Below, one piece after another: positions 1-14,000 of a stretch of 64,000 nt of DNA. The DNA comes from the human T2T-CHM13v2.0 reference genome, Homo sapiens: assembly GCF_009914755.1 (NCBI RefSeq), contig NC_060933.1. One strand, 5' to 3'. Under the pieces are notes generated by a model. That model was not told the DNA's origin, made no database searches, and saw only the letters and a list, made by a program, of their open reading frames with translations. How positions within the stretch are numbered: the stretch's first letter is position 1; every line of letters starts with the position of its first letter. Position numbers and translations under genes: made by a program.

Positions 1-129
1 ATGGAATGGAATGGAATGGAATCAACGTGAGTGCAGGGGAATGTAATGGAACGGAATGCAATGGAATGGAATCATCCGGAATGGAATGGAATGGAATGGA
101 ATGGAATGGAATGGAATGGAATGGAATCA

Positions 130-3100
130 ACCCGAGTGCAATGGAATGGAGTGGAATGGAATGGAATGGAATGGAACAACCCGAATGGAATGGAATGTAA
201 TGGAGAGTAAGGGAGTAAAATAGAATCAATTCGAATGTAATGGAATGGAATGCAACGGAATGGAATGGAATGGAATGGAATGGAATGCAATGGAATGGAA
301 TCAACCCGAGTACAATGGAATGGAATGGAATGGAATGGAATGGAATGGAATGGAATGATACGGAATAGAATGGAATGGAACGAAATGGAATGGAATGGAA
401 TGGAATGGAATGGAATGGAATGGAATGGAATGGAATCGTTCCGAGTGGAATAGGAGGGAATGTATTCGAGTGGAATGGAAAGGAATGGAATCAACAAGAG
501 TGGAATGGAAGGGAATGGAATGGAATGGAAACTAATAGAATGGAATCAACCCGAGTGGAATGGAATGGAAAGGACTGGAATGGAATGGAATGGAATGGAA
601 TCAACTCGATTGTAATGGAATGGAATGGAATGGAATGGAATGGAATGGAATGGAATGGAATTAACCCGAATACAATGGAAGGGAATGGAATGGAATGGAA
701 ACTAATAGAATGGAATCAACCCGAGTGGAATGGAATGGAAAGGACTGGAATGGAATGGAATGGAATGGAATCAACTCGATTGTAATGGAATGGAATGGAA
801 TGGAATGGAATGGAATGGAATGGAATGGAATGGAATTAACCCGAATACAATGGAATGGAATGGAATGGAATGGAATGGAGGGGAATGGAATGGAATCAAC
901 CCGAGTGCAGGGGAATGGAATGGAATGGAATGCAATGGAATGGAATCATCCGGAATGGAATGGAATGGAATGGAATGCAAAGCAATGGAATCAACTCGAT
1001 TGCGGTGGAATGGAATGGAATGGAAAGGAATACATTGGAATCAACCCGAGTGGAATGGAATGGAAAGGACTGGAATGGAGTGCAATGTAATGGAATGCAA
1101 TGGAATGGAATGGAATGGAATCAACTTGATTGGAATGGAATGGAATGGAATGGAATCAACCCGACTGCAGGGGAATGGAATGGAATGGAATGCAATGGAA
1201 TGGATTCAACTTGAATGGAATGGAAAGAATGGAATCAACACGAGTGGAATGGCATGGATTGGAATGGAATGGAATGGAATCAACCCGAGTACAGGGGAAT
1301 GGAATGGAATGGAATGCAATGGAATGGAATCATCCGTAATGGAATGGAAAGGAATGGAATGGAATGGAATGGAATGGAATGGAATGGAATGGAATGGAAT
1401 GGAATCAACTCGATTGCAATCGAATGGAATGGAATGGAATTAACCCAAATAGAATGGAATGGAATGGAATGGAACGGAACGGAATGGAATGGAATGGAAT
1501 GGAATGGAATGGAATGGAACGGAACGGAACGGAATGGAATGGAATGGAATGGAATGGAATGGAATCAACGCGAGTGCAGGGGAATGGAATGGAATGGAAT
1601 GCAATGGAATGGAATCTTCCGGAATGGAATGGAATGGAATGGAATGGAATGGAATAAACCCGAGTCCAATGGAATGGAGTGGAATGGAATGGAATGGAAT
1701 GGAACAACCCGAATGGAATGGAATGTAATGGAGAGTAAGGGAGTTGAATAGAATCAATCCGAATGTAATGGAATGGAATGCAACGGAATGGAATGGAATG
1801 GAATGGAATGGAATGCAATGGAATGGAATCAACCCGAGTACCATGGAATGGAATGGAATGGAATGGAATGGAATGGAATGGAATGGAATGATACGGAATA
1901 GAATGGAATGGAACGAAATGGAATTGAATGGAAAGGAATGGAATGGAATGGAATGGAATCGTTCCGAGTGGAATAGGAGGGAATGTATTCGAGTGGAATG
2001 GAAAGGAATGGAATCAACCAGAGTGGAATGGAAGGGAATGGAATGGAATGGAAACTAATAGAATGGAATCAACCCGAGTGGAATGGAATGGAAAGGACTG
2101 GAATGGAATGGAATGGAATGGAATCAACTCGTTTGTAATGGAATGGAATGGAATGGAATGGAGTGGAATGGAATGGAATTAAACCGAATACAATGGAAGG
2201 GAATGGAATGGAATGGAAACTAATAGAATGGAATCAACCCGAGTGCAATGGAATGGAAAGGACTGGAATGGAATGGAATGGAATGGAATCAACTCGATTG
2301 AAATGGAATGGAATGGAATGGAATGGAATGGAATGGAATGGAATTAACCCGAATACAATGGAATGGAATGGAATGGAATGGAATGGAATGGAATGGAGTG
2401 GAATGGAATGGAATCAACCCGAGTGCATGGGAATGGAATGGAATGGAATGCAATGGAATGGAATCATCCGGAATGGAATAGAATGGAATGGAATGCAAAG
2501 CAATGGAATCAACTCGATTGCAATGGAATGGAATGGAATGGAAAGGAATACATTGGAATCAACCCGAGTGTAATGGAATGGAAAGGACTGGAATGCAGTG
2601 GAATGGAATGGAATGCAATGGAATGGAATGGAATGGAATGGAATCAACTTGGTTGGAATGGAATGGAATGGAATGGAATGGAATGGAATGGAATGGAATG
2701 GAATCAACCCTACTGCAGGGGAATGGAATGGAATGGAATGCAATGGAATGGATTCAACTTGAATGGAATGGAAAGAATGGAATCAACACGAGTGGAATGG
2801 CATGGATTGGAATGGAATGGAATGGAATCAACCCGAGTACAGGGGAATGGAATGGAATGGAATGCAATGGAATGGAATCATCCGTAATGGAATGGAAAGG
2901 AATGGAATGGAATGGAAAGGAATGGAATGGAATGGAATGGAATGGAATCAACTCGATTGCAATCGAATGGAATGGAATGGAATTAACCCGAATAGAATTG
3001 AATGGAATGGAATGGAACGGAACGGAATGGAATGGAATGGAATGGAATGGAATGGAACGGAACGGAATGGAATGGAATGGAATGGAATGGAATGGAATCA

Positions 3101-3200
3101 ACGCGAGTGCAGAGGAATGGAATGGAATGGAATGCAATGGAATGGAATCTTCCGGAATGGAATGGAATTGAATGGAATGGAATGGAATGGTATGGAATAA
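130..3200 (+). repeat. Tandem duplication, period ~1.52-1.54 kb (2 copies)
   Basis: Shared markers: CGTTCCGAG at 437/1960 (offset 1523), doubled ACTAATAG unit at 531+701 / 2054+2219, CAACTTG(A/G)TTGG at 1122/2645, TAAACCCGAGT at 1655/3198. Confidence 0.8.
1611..1625. promoter_or_regulatory. Perfect 3-unit heat-shock-element match GGAATCTTCCGGAAT (first of ~45 copies; last at 63563-63577)
   Basis: The sequence reads gGAAt-cTTCc-gGAAt, which is the nGAAnnTTCnnGAAn HSF consensus. The match is seen directly; binding is inferred. Confidence 0.55.
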
Positions 3201-6200
3201 ACCCGAGTGCAATGGAATGGAGTGGAATGGAATGGAATGGAATGGAACAACCCGAATGGAATGGAATGTAATGGAGAGTAAGGGAGTTGAATAGAATCAA
3301 TCCGAATGTAATGGAATGGAACGGAATGGAATTGAATGGAATGGAATGGAATGCAATGGCATGGAATCAACCCGAGTTCAATGAAATGGAGAGGAATGGA
3401 ATGGAATGGAATGGAAACTACCCGAATGGAATGGAATGTAATGGAGTGTAAGGGAATTGAATAGAATCAATCCGAATGTAATGGAATGGAATGGAACGGA
3501 ATGGAATGGAATGGAATGGAATGGAATGGAATGCAATGGAATGGAATCAACCCGAGTGCAATCGAATGGAATCGAATGGAATGGAATACAATGGAATGGA
3601 TTCAACTTGAATGGAATGGAAAGAATGGAATCAACACGAGTGGAATGACATGGATTGGAATGGAATGGAATGGAATCAACCCGAGTACAGGGGAATGGAA
3701 TGGAATGGAATGCAATGGAATGGAATCATCCGTAATGGAATGGAAAGGAATGGAATGGAATGGAATGGAATGGAATGGAATGGAATCAACTCGATTGCAA
3801 TCGAATGGAATGGAATGGAATTAACCCGAATAGAATGGAATGGAATGGAATGGAACGGAACGGAATGGAATGGAATGGAATGGAATGGAACGGAAAGGAA
3901 GGGAATGGAATGGAATAGAATGGAATGGAATGGAATCAACGCGAGTGCAGGGGAATGGAATGGAATGGAATGCAATGGAATGGAATCTTCCGGAATGGAA
4001 TGGAATGGAATGGAATGGAATGGAATGGAATAAACCCGAGTGCAATGGAATGGAGTGGAATGGAATGGAATGAAATGGAACAACCCGAATGGAATGGAAT
4101 GTAATGGAGAGTAAGGGAGTTGTATAGAATCAATCCGAATGTAATGGAATGGAAAGGAACGGAATGGAATTGAATGCAATGGAATGGAATGCAATGGAAT
4201 GGAATCCACCCGAGTGCAATGGAATGGAGAGGAATGGAATGGAATGGAATGGAAACTACCCGAATGGAATGGAATGTAATGGAGTGTAAGGGAATTGAAT
4301 AGAATCAATCCGAATGTAATGGAATGGAATGGAACGGAATGGAATGGAATGGAATGGAATGGAATGGAATGGAATCAACCCGACTGCAGGGGAATGGAAT
4401 GGAATGGAATGCAATGGAATGGATTCAACTTGAATGGAATGGAAAGAATGGAATCAACACGAGTGGAATGGCATGGATTGGAATGGAATGGAATGGAATC
4501 AACCCGAGTACAGGGGAATGGAATGGAATGGAATGCAATGGAATGGAATCATCCGTAATGGAATGGAAAGGAATGGAATGGAATGGAATGGAATGGAATG
4601 AAATGGAATGGATTGGAATCAACTCGATTGCAATCGAAGGGAATGGAATGGAATTAACCTGAATAGAATGGAATGGAATGGAATGGAACGTAACGGAACG
4701 GAATGGAATGGAATGGAATGGAATGGTATGGAATGGAACGGCATGGTACGGAATAGAATGGAATGGAACGAATTGTAATGGAATGGAATTGAATGGAATG
4801 GAATGGAATGGAATGGAATGCAATCAACTTGAGTGCAGGGGAATGTAATGGAACGGAATGCAATGGAATGGAATCATCCGGAATGGAATGGAATGGAATG
4901 GAATGGAATGGAATGGAATGGAATCAACCCGAGTGCAATGGAATGGAGTGGAATGGAATGGAATGGAATGGAACAACCCGAATGGAATGGAATGTAATGG
5001 AGAGTAAGGGAGTTGAATAGAATCAATTCGAATGTAATGGAATGGAATGCAACGGAATGGAATGGAATGCAATGGAATGCAATGGAATGGAATCAACCCG
5101 AGTACAATGGAATGGAATGGAATGGAATGGAATGGAAAGGAATGGAATGGAATGGAATGATACGGAATAGAATGGAATGGAACGAAATGGAATGGAATGG
5201 AATGGAATGGAATGGAATGGAATGGAATGGAATGGAATGGAATCAATGCGAGTGCAGGGGAATGGAATGGAATGGAATGCAATGCAATGGAATCTTCCGG
5301 AATGGAATGGAATGGAATGGAATGGAATGAAATGCAATGGATTCAACACGATTGCAATGGAATGGAATAGAATGGAATGGAATTGAATGGAATGGAATTA
5401 ACCCAAATAGAATGGAATGGAATGCAATGGAACGGAATGGAACGGAATGGAATGGAATGGAATGGAATGGAATGGTATGGAATGGAATGGAATGGTACGG
5501 AATAGAATGGAATGGAACGAATTGTAATGGAATGGAATTGAATGGAATGGAATGGAATCAACGCGAGTACAGGGGAATGTAATGGAACGGAATGCAATGG
5601 AATGGAATCATCGGAATGGAATGGAATGGAATGGAATGGAATCAACCCGAGTGCAATGGAATGGAGTGGAATTGAATGGAATGGAATGGAACAACCCGAA
5701 TGGAATGGAATGTAATGGAGACTAAGGGAGTTGAATAGAATCAATCCGAATGTAATGGAATGGAATGCAACGGAATGGAATGGAATGGAATGGAACGGAA
5801 TGCAATGGAATGGAATCAACCCGAGTACAATGGAATGGAATGGAATGGAATGCAATGGAATGGAATGGAATGGAATGGAATGCCTTCAAACGGAATGGAA
5901 TGGAAAGGAATGGAATCAACACGAGTGGAATGGAATGGAATGTAATGGAATGGAACGGAATGGAATGGAATGATACGTAATAGAATGGAATGGAACGAAA
6001 TGGAATGGAATGGAATGGAATGGAATGGAATGGAATGGAATGGAATGGAATCGTTCCGAGTGGAATAGGAGGGAATGTATTCGAGTGGAATGGAAAGGAA
6101 TTTAATCAACCAGAGTGGAATGGAAGGGAATGGAATGGAATGGAAACTAATAGAATGGAATCAACCCGAGTGGAATGGAATGGAAAGGACTGGAAAGGAA

Positions 6201-9200
6201 TGGAATGGAATGGAATGGAATTAACCCGAATACAATGCAATGGAATGGAATGGAACGGAATGGAGTGGAATGGAATGGAATCAACCCGAGTGCAGGGGAA
6301 TGGAATGGAATGGAATGCAATGGAATGGAATCATCCGGAATGGAATGGAATGGAATGCAATGCAAAGCAATGGAATCAACTCGATTGCAATGGAATGGAA
6401 TGGAATGGAAAGGAATACATTGGAATCAACCCGAGTGGAATGGAATGGAAAGGACTGGAATGGAGTGGAATGGAATGGAATGGAATGGAATGGAATCAAC
6501 TCGATTGGAATGGAATGGAATGGAATGGAATGGAATGGAATTAACCCGAATAGAATGGAATGGAATGGAATGGAATGGAATGGAACGGAACGGAATGGAA
6601 TGGAATGGAATGGAATGGAATGGAATGGAATGGAATCAACCCGACTGCAGGGGAATGGTATGGAATGGAATGCAATGGAATGGATTCAACTTGAATGAAA
6701 TGGAAAGAATGGAATCAACACGAGTGGAATGGCATGGATTGGAATGGAATGGAATGGAATGAACCCGAGTACAGGGGAATGCAATGGAATGGAATGCAAT
6801 GGAATGGAATCATCCGTAATGTAATGGAAAGGAATGGAATGGAATGGAATGGAATGGAATGGAATGGAATGGAATGGAATGGAATCAACTCGATTGCAAT
6901 CGAATGGAATGGAATGGAATTAACCCGAATAGAAAGGAATGGAATGGAATGGAACGGAACGGAACGGAACGGAACGGAATGGAATGGAATGGAACGGAAA
7001 GGAATGGAATGGAATGGAATGGAATGGAATGGAATGGAATGGAATGGAATCAACGCGAGTGCAGGGGAATGGAATGGAATGGAATGCAATGGAATGGAAT
7101 CTTCCGGAATGGAATGGAATGGAATGGAATGGAATGGAATGGAATGGAATGGAATGGAATAAACCCGAATGCAATGGAATGGAGTGGAATGGAATGGAAT
7201 GGAATGGAACAGCCCGAATGGAATGGAATGTAATCGAGAGTAAGGGAGTTGAATAGAATCAATCCGAATGTAATGGAATGGAATGGAACGGAATGGAATT
7301 GAATGGAATGGAATGGAATGCAATGGAATGGAATCAACCCGAGTGCAATGGAATGGAGAGGAATGGAATGGAATGGAATGGAAACTACCCGAATGGAATG
7401 GAATGTAATGGAGAGTAAGGGAATTGAATAGAATCAATCTGAATGTAATGGAATGGAATGGAACGGAATGGAATGGAATGTAATGGAATGCAATGGAATG
7501 GAATCAACCCGAGTGCAATCGAATGGAATCGAATGGAATGGAATGCAATGGAATGGATTCAACTTGAATGGAATGGAAAGAATGGAATCAACACGAGTGG
7601 AAGGGCATGGATTGGAATGCAATGGAATAGAATCAACCCGAGTACAGGGGAATGGAATGGAATGGAATGCAATGGAATGGAATCATCCGTAATGGAATGG
7701 AAAGGAATGGAATGGAAAGGAATGGAACGGAATGGAATGAACACGATTGCAATCGAATGGAATGGAATGGAATTAACCCGAATAGAATGGAATGGAATGG
7801 AATGGAACGGAACGGAACGGAATGGAATGGAATGGAATGGAATGGAACGGAACGGAACGGAATGGAATGGAATGGAATGGAATGGAATGGAATGGAATCT
7901 TCCGGAATGCAATGGAATGGAATGGAATGGAATGGAATCAACTCGATTGCAATCGAATGGAATGGAATGGAATTAACCCGAATAGAATGGAATGGAATGG
8001 AATGGAACGGAACGGAACGTAACGAAACGGAACGGAATGGAATGGAATGGAATGGAATGGAATGGAATGGAACGGAAAGGAATGGAATGGAACGGAATGG
8101 AATGAAATGGAATGGAATGGAATCAACGCGAGTGCAGGGGAATGGAATGTAATGGAATGCAATGGAATGGAATCTTCCGGAATGGAATGGAATGGAATGG
8201 AATGGAATGGAATCAACGCTAGTGCAGGGGAATGGAGTGGAATGGAATGCAATGGAATGGAATCTTCCGGAATGGAATGGAATGGAATGGAATGGAATGA
8301 AATGCAATGGATTCAACTCGATTGCAATGGAATGGAATAGAATGGAATGGAATGGAATGGAATGGAATGGAATGGAATTAACCCGAATAGAATGGAATGG
8401 AATGCAATGGAAAGGAATGGAACGGAATGCAATGGAACGGAATGGAACGGAATGGAAAGGAATGGAATGGAATGGAATGGAATGGTATGGAATGGAATGG
8501 AATGGTACGGAATAGAATGGAATGTAACGAATTGTAATGGAATGGAATTGAATGGAATGGAATGGAATCAACGCGAGTGCAGGGGAATGTAATGGAACGG
8601 AATGCAATGGAATGGAATCATCCGGAATGGAATGGAATGGAATGGAATGGAATAGAATGGAATCATCCCGAGTGCAATGGAATGGAGTGGAATGGAATGG
8701 AATGGAATGGAACAACCCGAACGGAATGGAATGTAATGGAGAGTAAGGGAGTTGAATAGAATCAATCCGAATGTAATGGAATGGAATGCAACGGAATGGA
8801 ATGGAATGGAATGCAATGGAATGCAATCAACCCGAGTACAATGGAATGGAATGGAATGGAATGGAATGGAATGGAATGGAATGGAATGCCTTCAAACCGA
8901 ATGGAGTGGAAAGGAATGGAATCAACACGAGTGGAATGGAATGGAATGGAATGGAATGGAATGGAATGGAATGGAATGGAATGATACGGAATAGAATGGA
9001 ATGGAACGAAATGGAATGGAATGGAATGGAATGGAATGGAATGGAATGGAATGGAATGGAATCGTTCCGAGTGAAATAGGAGGGAATGTATTCGAGTGGA
9101 ATGCAAAGGAATGGAATCAACCAGAGTGGAATGGAAGGGAATGGAATGGAATGGAAACTAATAGAATGAAATCAACCCGAGTGGAATGGAATGGAAAGGA

Positions 9201-11099
9201 CTGGAATGGAATGGAATGGAATGGAATTGAATGGAATCAACTCGATTGGAATGGAATGGAATGGAATGGAATAGAATTAACCCGAATACAGTGGAATGGA
9301 ATGGAATGGAACGGAATGGAGTTGAATGGAATGGAATCAACCCGAGTGCAGGGGAATGGAATGGAATGGAATGCAATGGAATGGAATCATCCGGAATGGA
9401 ATGGAATGGAATGGAATGCAAAGCAATGGAATCAACTCGATTGCAATGGAATGGAATGGAATGGAAAGGAATACATTGGAATCAACCCGAGTGGAATGGA
9501 ATGGAAAGGACTGGAATGGAGTGGAATGGAATGGAATGGAATGGAATGGAATGGAATTAACCCGAATAGAATGGAATGGAATGGAATGGAACGGAACGGA
9601 TCGGAATGGAATGGAATGGAATGGAATGGAATGGAATGGAATGGAATCAACCCAACTGCAGGGTAATGGAATGGAATGGAATGCAATGGAATGGATTCAA
9701 CTTGAATGGAATGGAAAGAATGGAATCAACACGAGTGGAAGGGCATGGATTGGAATGCAATGGAATGGAATCAACCCGAGTACAGGGGAATGGAATGGAA
9801 TGGAATGCAATGGAATGGAATCATCCGTAATGGAATGGAAAGGAATGGAATGGAATGGAATGGAATCAACTCGATTGCAATCGAATGGAATGGAATGGAA
9901 TTAACCCGAATAGAATGGAATGGAATGGAATGGAACGGAACGGAACGGAATGGAATGGAATGGAATGGAATGGAATGGAACGGAAAGGAATGGAATGGAA
10001 TGGAATGGAATGGAATGGAATGGAATGGAATCAACGCGAGTGCAGGGGAATGGAATGGAATGGAATGCAATGGAATGGAATCTTCCGGAATGGAATGGAA
10101 TGGAATGGAATGGAATGGAATGGAATGGAATCAACCCGAATGCAATGGAATGGAGTGGAATGGAATGGAATGGAATGGAACAACCCGAATGGAATGGAAT
10201 GTAATAGAGAGTAAGGGAGTTGAATAGAATCAATCCGAATGTAATGGAATGGAATGGAACGGAATGGAATTGAATGGAATGGAATGGAATGCAATGGAAT
10301 GGAATCAACCCGAGTGCAATGGAATGGAGAGGAATGGAATGGAATGGAATGGAAACTACCCGAATGGAATGGAATGTAATGGAGTGTAAGGGAATTGAAT
10401 AGAATCAATCCGAATGTAATGGAATGGAATGGAACGGAATGGAATGGAATGGAATGGAATGGAATGGAATGGAATGCAATGGAATGGAATCAACCCGAGT
10501 GCAATCGAATGGAATCGAATGGAATGGAATGCAATGGAATGGATTCAACTTGAATGGAATGGAAAGAATGGAATCAACACGAGTGGAAGGGCATGGATTG
10601 GAATGCAATGGAATGGAATCAACCCGAGTACAGGGGAATGGAATGGAATGGAATGCAATGGAATGGAATCATCCGTAATGGAATGGAAAGGAATGGAATG
10701 GAATGGAATGGAATGGAATGGAATGGAATGGAATGGAATGGAATCAACACGATTGCAATCGAATGGAATGGAATCGAATTAACCCGTATAGAATGGAATG
10801 GAATGGAATGCAACGGAACGGAACGGAACGGAATGGAATGGAATGGAATGGAAAGGAACGGAACGGAATGGAATGGAATGGAATGGAATGGAATGGAATG
10901 GAATCAACGCGAGTGCAGGGGAATGGAATGGAATGGAATGCAATGGAATGGAATCTTCCGGAATTCAAAGGAATGGAATGGAATGGAATGGAATGGAATC
11001 TACGCGAGTGCAGGAAAATGGAATGTAATGGAATGCAATGGAATGGAATCTTCCGGAATGGAATGGAATGGAATGGAATGGAATCAACCCGAATGCAAT

Positions 11100-14000
11100 G
11101 CAATGGAGTGGAATGGAATGGAATGGAATGGAACAACCCGAATGGAATGGAATGTAATGGAGAGTAAGGGAGTTGAATAGAATCATTCCGAATGTAATGG
11201 AATGGAATGGAACGGAATGGAATTGAATGGAATGGAATGGAATGCAATGGAATGGAATCAACCCGAGTGCAATGGAATGGAGAGGAATGGAATGGAATCA
11301 AATGGAAACTACCCGATTGGAATGGAATTTAATGGAGTGTAAGGGAATTGAATAGAATCAATCCGAATGTAATGGAATGGAACGGAATGGAATGGAATGG
11401 AATGGAATGGAATGGAATGGAATGGAATCAACCCGAGTGCAATCGAATGGAATCGAATGGAATGCAATGCAATGGAATGGATTCAACTTGAATGGAATGG
11501 AAAGAATGGAATCAACACGAGTGGAATGGCATGGATTGGAATGGAATGGAATGGAATCAACCCGAGTACAGGGGAATGGAATGGAATGGAATGCAATGGA
11601 ATGGAATCATCCGTAATGGAATGGAAAGGAATGGAATGGAATGGAATGGAATGGAATGGAATGGAATGGAATCAACTCGATTGAAATCGAATGGAATGGA
11701 ATGGAATTAACCCAAATAGAATGGAATGGAATGGAATGGAACGGAACGGAATGGAATGGAATGGAATGGAATGGAATGGAACGGAACGGAACGGAACGGA
11801 ATGGAATGGAATGGAATGGAATGGAATGGAATCAACGCGAGTGCAGGGGAATGGAAAGGAATGGAATGCAATGGAATGGAATCTTCCGGAATAGAATGGA
11901 ATGGAATGGAATGAAATGCAATGGATTCAACTCGATTGCAATGGAATGGAATAGAATGGAATGGAATGGAATGGAATGGAATTAACCCGAATAGAATGGA
12001 ATAGAATGGAATGGAACGGAATGGAACGGAATGGAATGGAATGGAATGGAATGGAATGGAATGGAATGGAATGGTATGGAATGGAATGGAATGGTACGGA
12101 ATAGAATGGAATGGACCGAATTGTAATGGAATGGATTTGAATGGAATGGAATGGAATGGAATGGAATCAAAGCGAGTGCAAGGGAATGTAATGGAACGGA
12201 ATGCAATGGAATGGAATCATCCGGAATGGAATGGAATGGAATGGAATGGAATCAACCCGAGTGCAATGGAATGGAGTGGAATGGAATGGAAAGGAATGGA
12301 ACAACCCGAATGGAATGGAATGTAATGGAGAGTAAGGGAGTTGAATAGAATCAATCCGAATGTAATGGAATGGAATGCAACGGAATGGAATGGAAAGGAA
12401 TGGAATGGAATGGAATGGAATGGATTGGAATGCAATGGAATGGAATCAACCCGAGTTCAATGGAATGGAATGGAATGGAATGGAATGGAATGGAATGGAA
12501 TGGAGTGGAATTGAATGGAATGGAATGCTTTCAAACCGAATGGAATGGAAAGGAATGGAATCAACACGAGTGGAATGGAATGGAATGGAAAGGAATGGAA
12601 TGGAATGGAATGGTACGGAATAGAATGGAATGGAACGAAATGGAATGGAATGGAATGGAATGGAATAGAATCGTTCCGAGTGGAATAGGAGGGAATGTAC
12701 TCGAGTGGAATGGAAAGGAATGGAATCAACCAGAGTGGAATGGAAGGGAATGGAATGGAATGGAAACTAATAGAATGGAATCAACCCGAGTGGAATGGAA
12801 TGGAAAGGACTGGAATGGAATGGAATGGAATGGAATGGAATGGAATGGAATCAACTCGATTGTAATGGTTTGGAATGGAATGGAATGGAATGGAATGGAA
12901 TGGAATTAACCCGAATACAACGGAATGGAATGGAATGGAATGGAATGGAGTGGAATCGAATGGAATCAACCCGAGTGCAGGGGAATGGAATGGAATGGAA
13001 TGCAATGGAATGGAATCATCTGGAATGGAATGGAATGGAATGCAATGCAAAGCAATGGAATCAACTCGATTGCAATGGAATGGAATGGAATGGAAAGGAA
13101 TACATTGGAATCAACCCGAGTGGAATGGAATGGAAAGGATTGGAAAGGAGTGGAATGGAATGGAATGGAATGGAATGGAATGGAATGGAATGGAATCAAC
13201 TCGATTGGAATGGAATGGAATGGAATGGAATGGAATGGAATGGAATGGAATGGAATCAACCCGACTGAAGGGGAATGGAATGGAATGGAATGCAATGGAA
13301 TGGATTCAACTTGAATGGAATGGAAAGAATGGAATCAACACGAGTGGAATGGCATGGATTGGAATGGAATGGAATGGAATCAACCCGAGTACAGGGGAAT
13401 GGAATGGAATGGAATGCAATGGAATGGAATCATCCGTAATGGAATGCAAAGGAATGGAATGGAATGGAATGGAATGGAATGGAATGGAATGGAATCAACT
13501 CGATTGCAATGGAATGGAATGGAATGGAATTATACCGAATAGAATGGAATGGAATGGAATGGAACGGAACGGAAGGGAATGGAATGGAACGGAACGGAAT
13601 GGAACGGAACGGAACGGAATGGAATGGAATGGAATGGAATGGAATGGAATGGAATCAACGCGAGTGCAGGGGAATGGAATGGAATGGAATGCAATGGAAT
13701 GGAATCTTCCGGAATGCAATGGAATGGAATGGAATGGAATGGAATGGAATGGAATGGAATCAACTCGATTGCAATCGAATGGAATGGAATGGAATTAACC
13801 CGAATAGAATGGAATGGAATGGAATGGAACGGAACGGAATGGAACGGAATGGAATGGAATGGAATGGAATGCAATGGAACGGAAAGGAATGGAATGGAAC
13901 GGAATGGAATGGAATGGAATGGAATCAACGCGAGTGCAGGGGAATGGAATGTAATGGAATGCAATGGAATGGAATCTTCCGGAATGGAATGGAATGGAAT

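Noticed and set aside
205-220. TAAGGGAG resembling a Shine-Dalgarno or telomere-like motif; GGGG tracts as G-quadruplex
   Set aside because: This is part of the repeated satellite module with no gene context. The G-tracts are isolated and too far apart for a canonical G4.
1617-1624. TTCCGGAA as a STAT (GAS) site
   Set aside because: The spacer is N2, not the canonical N3/N4. The HSE reading fits the full 15-mer better.
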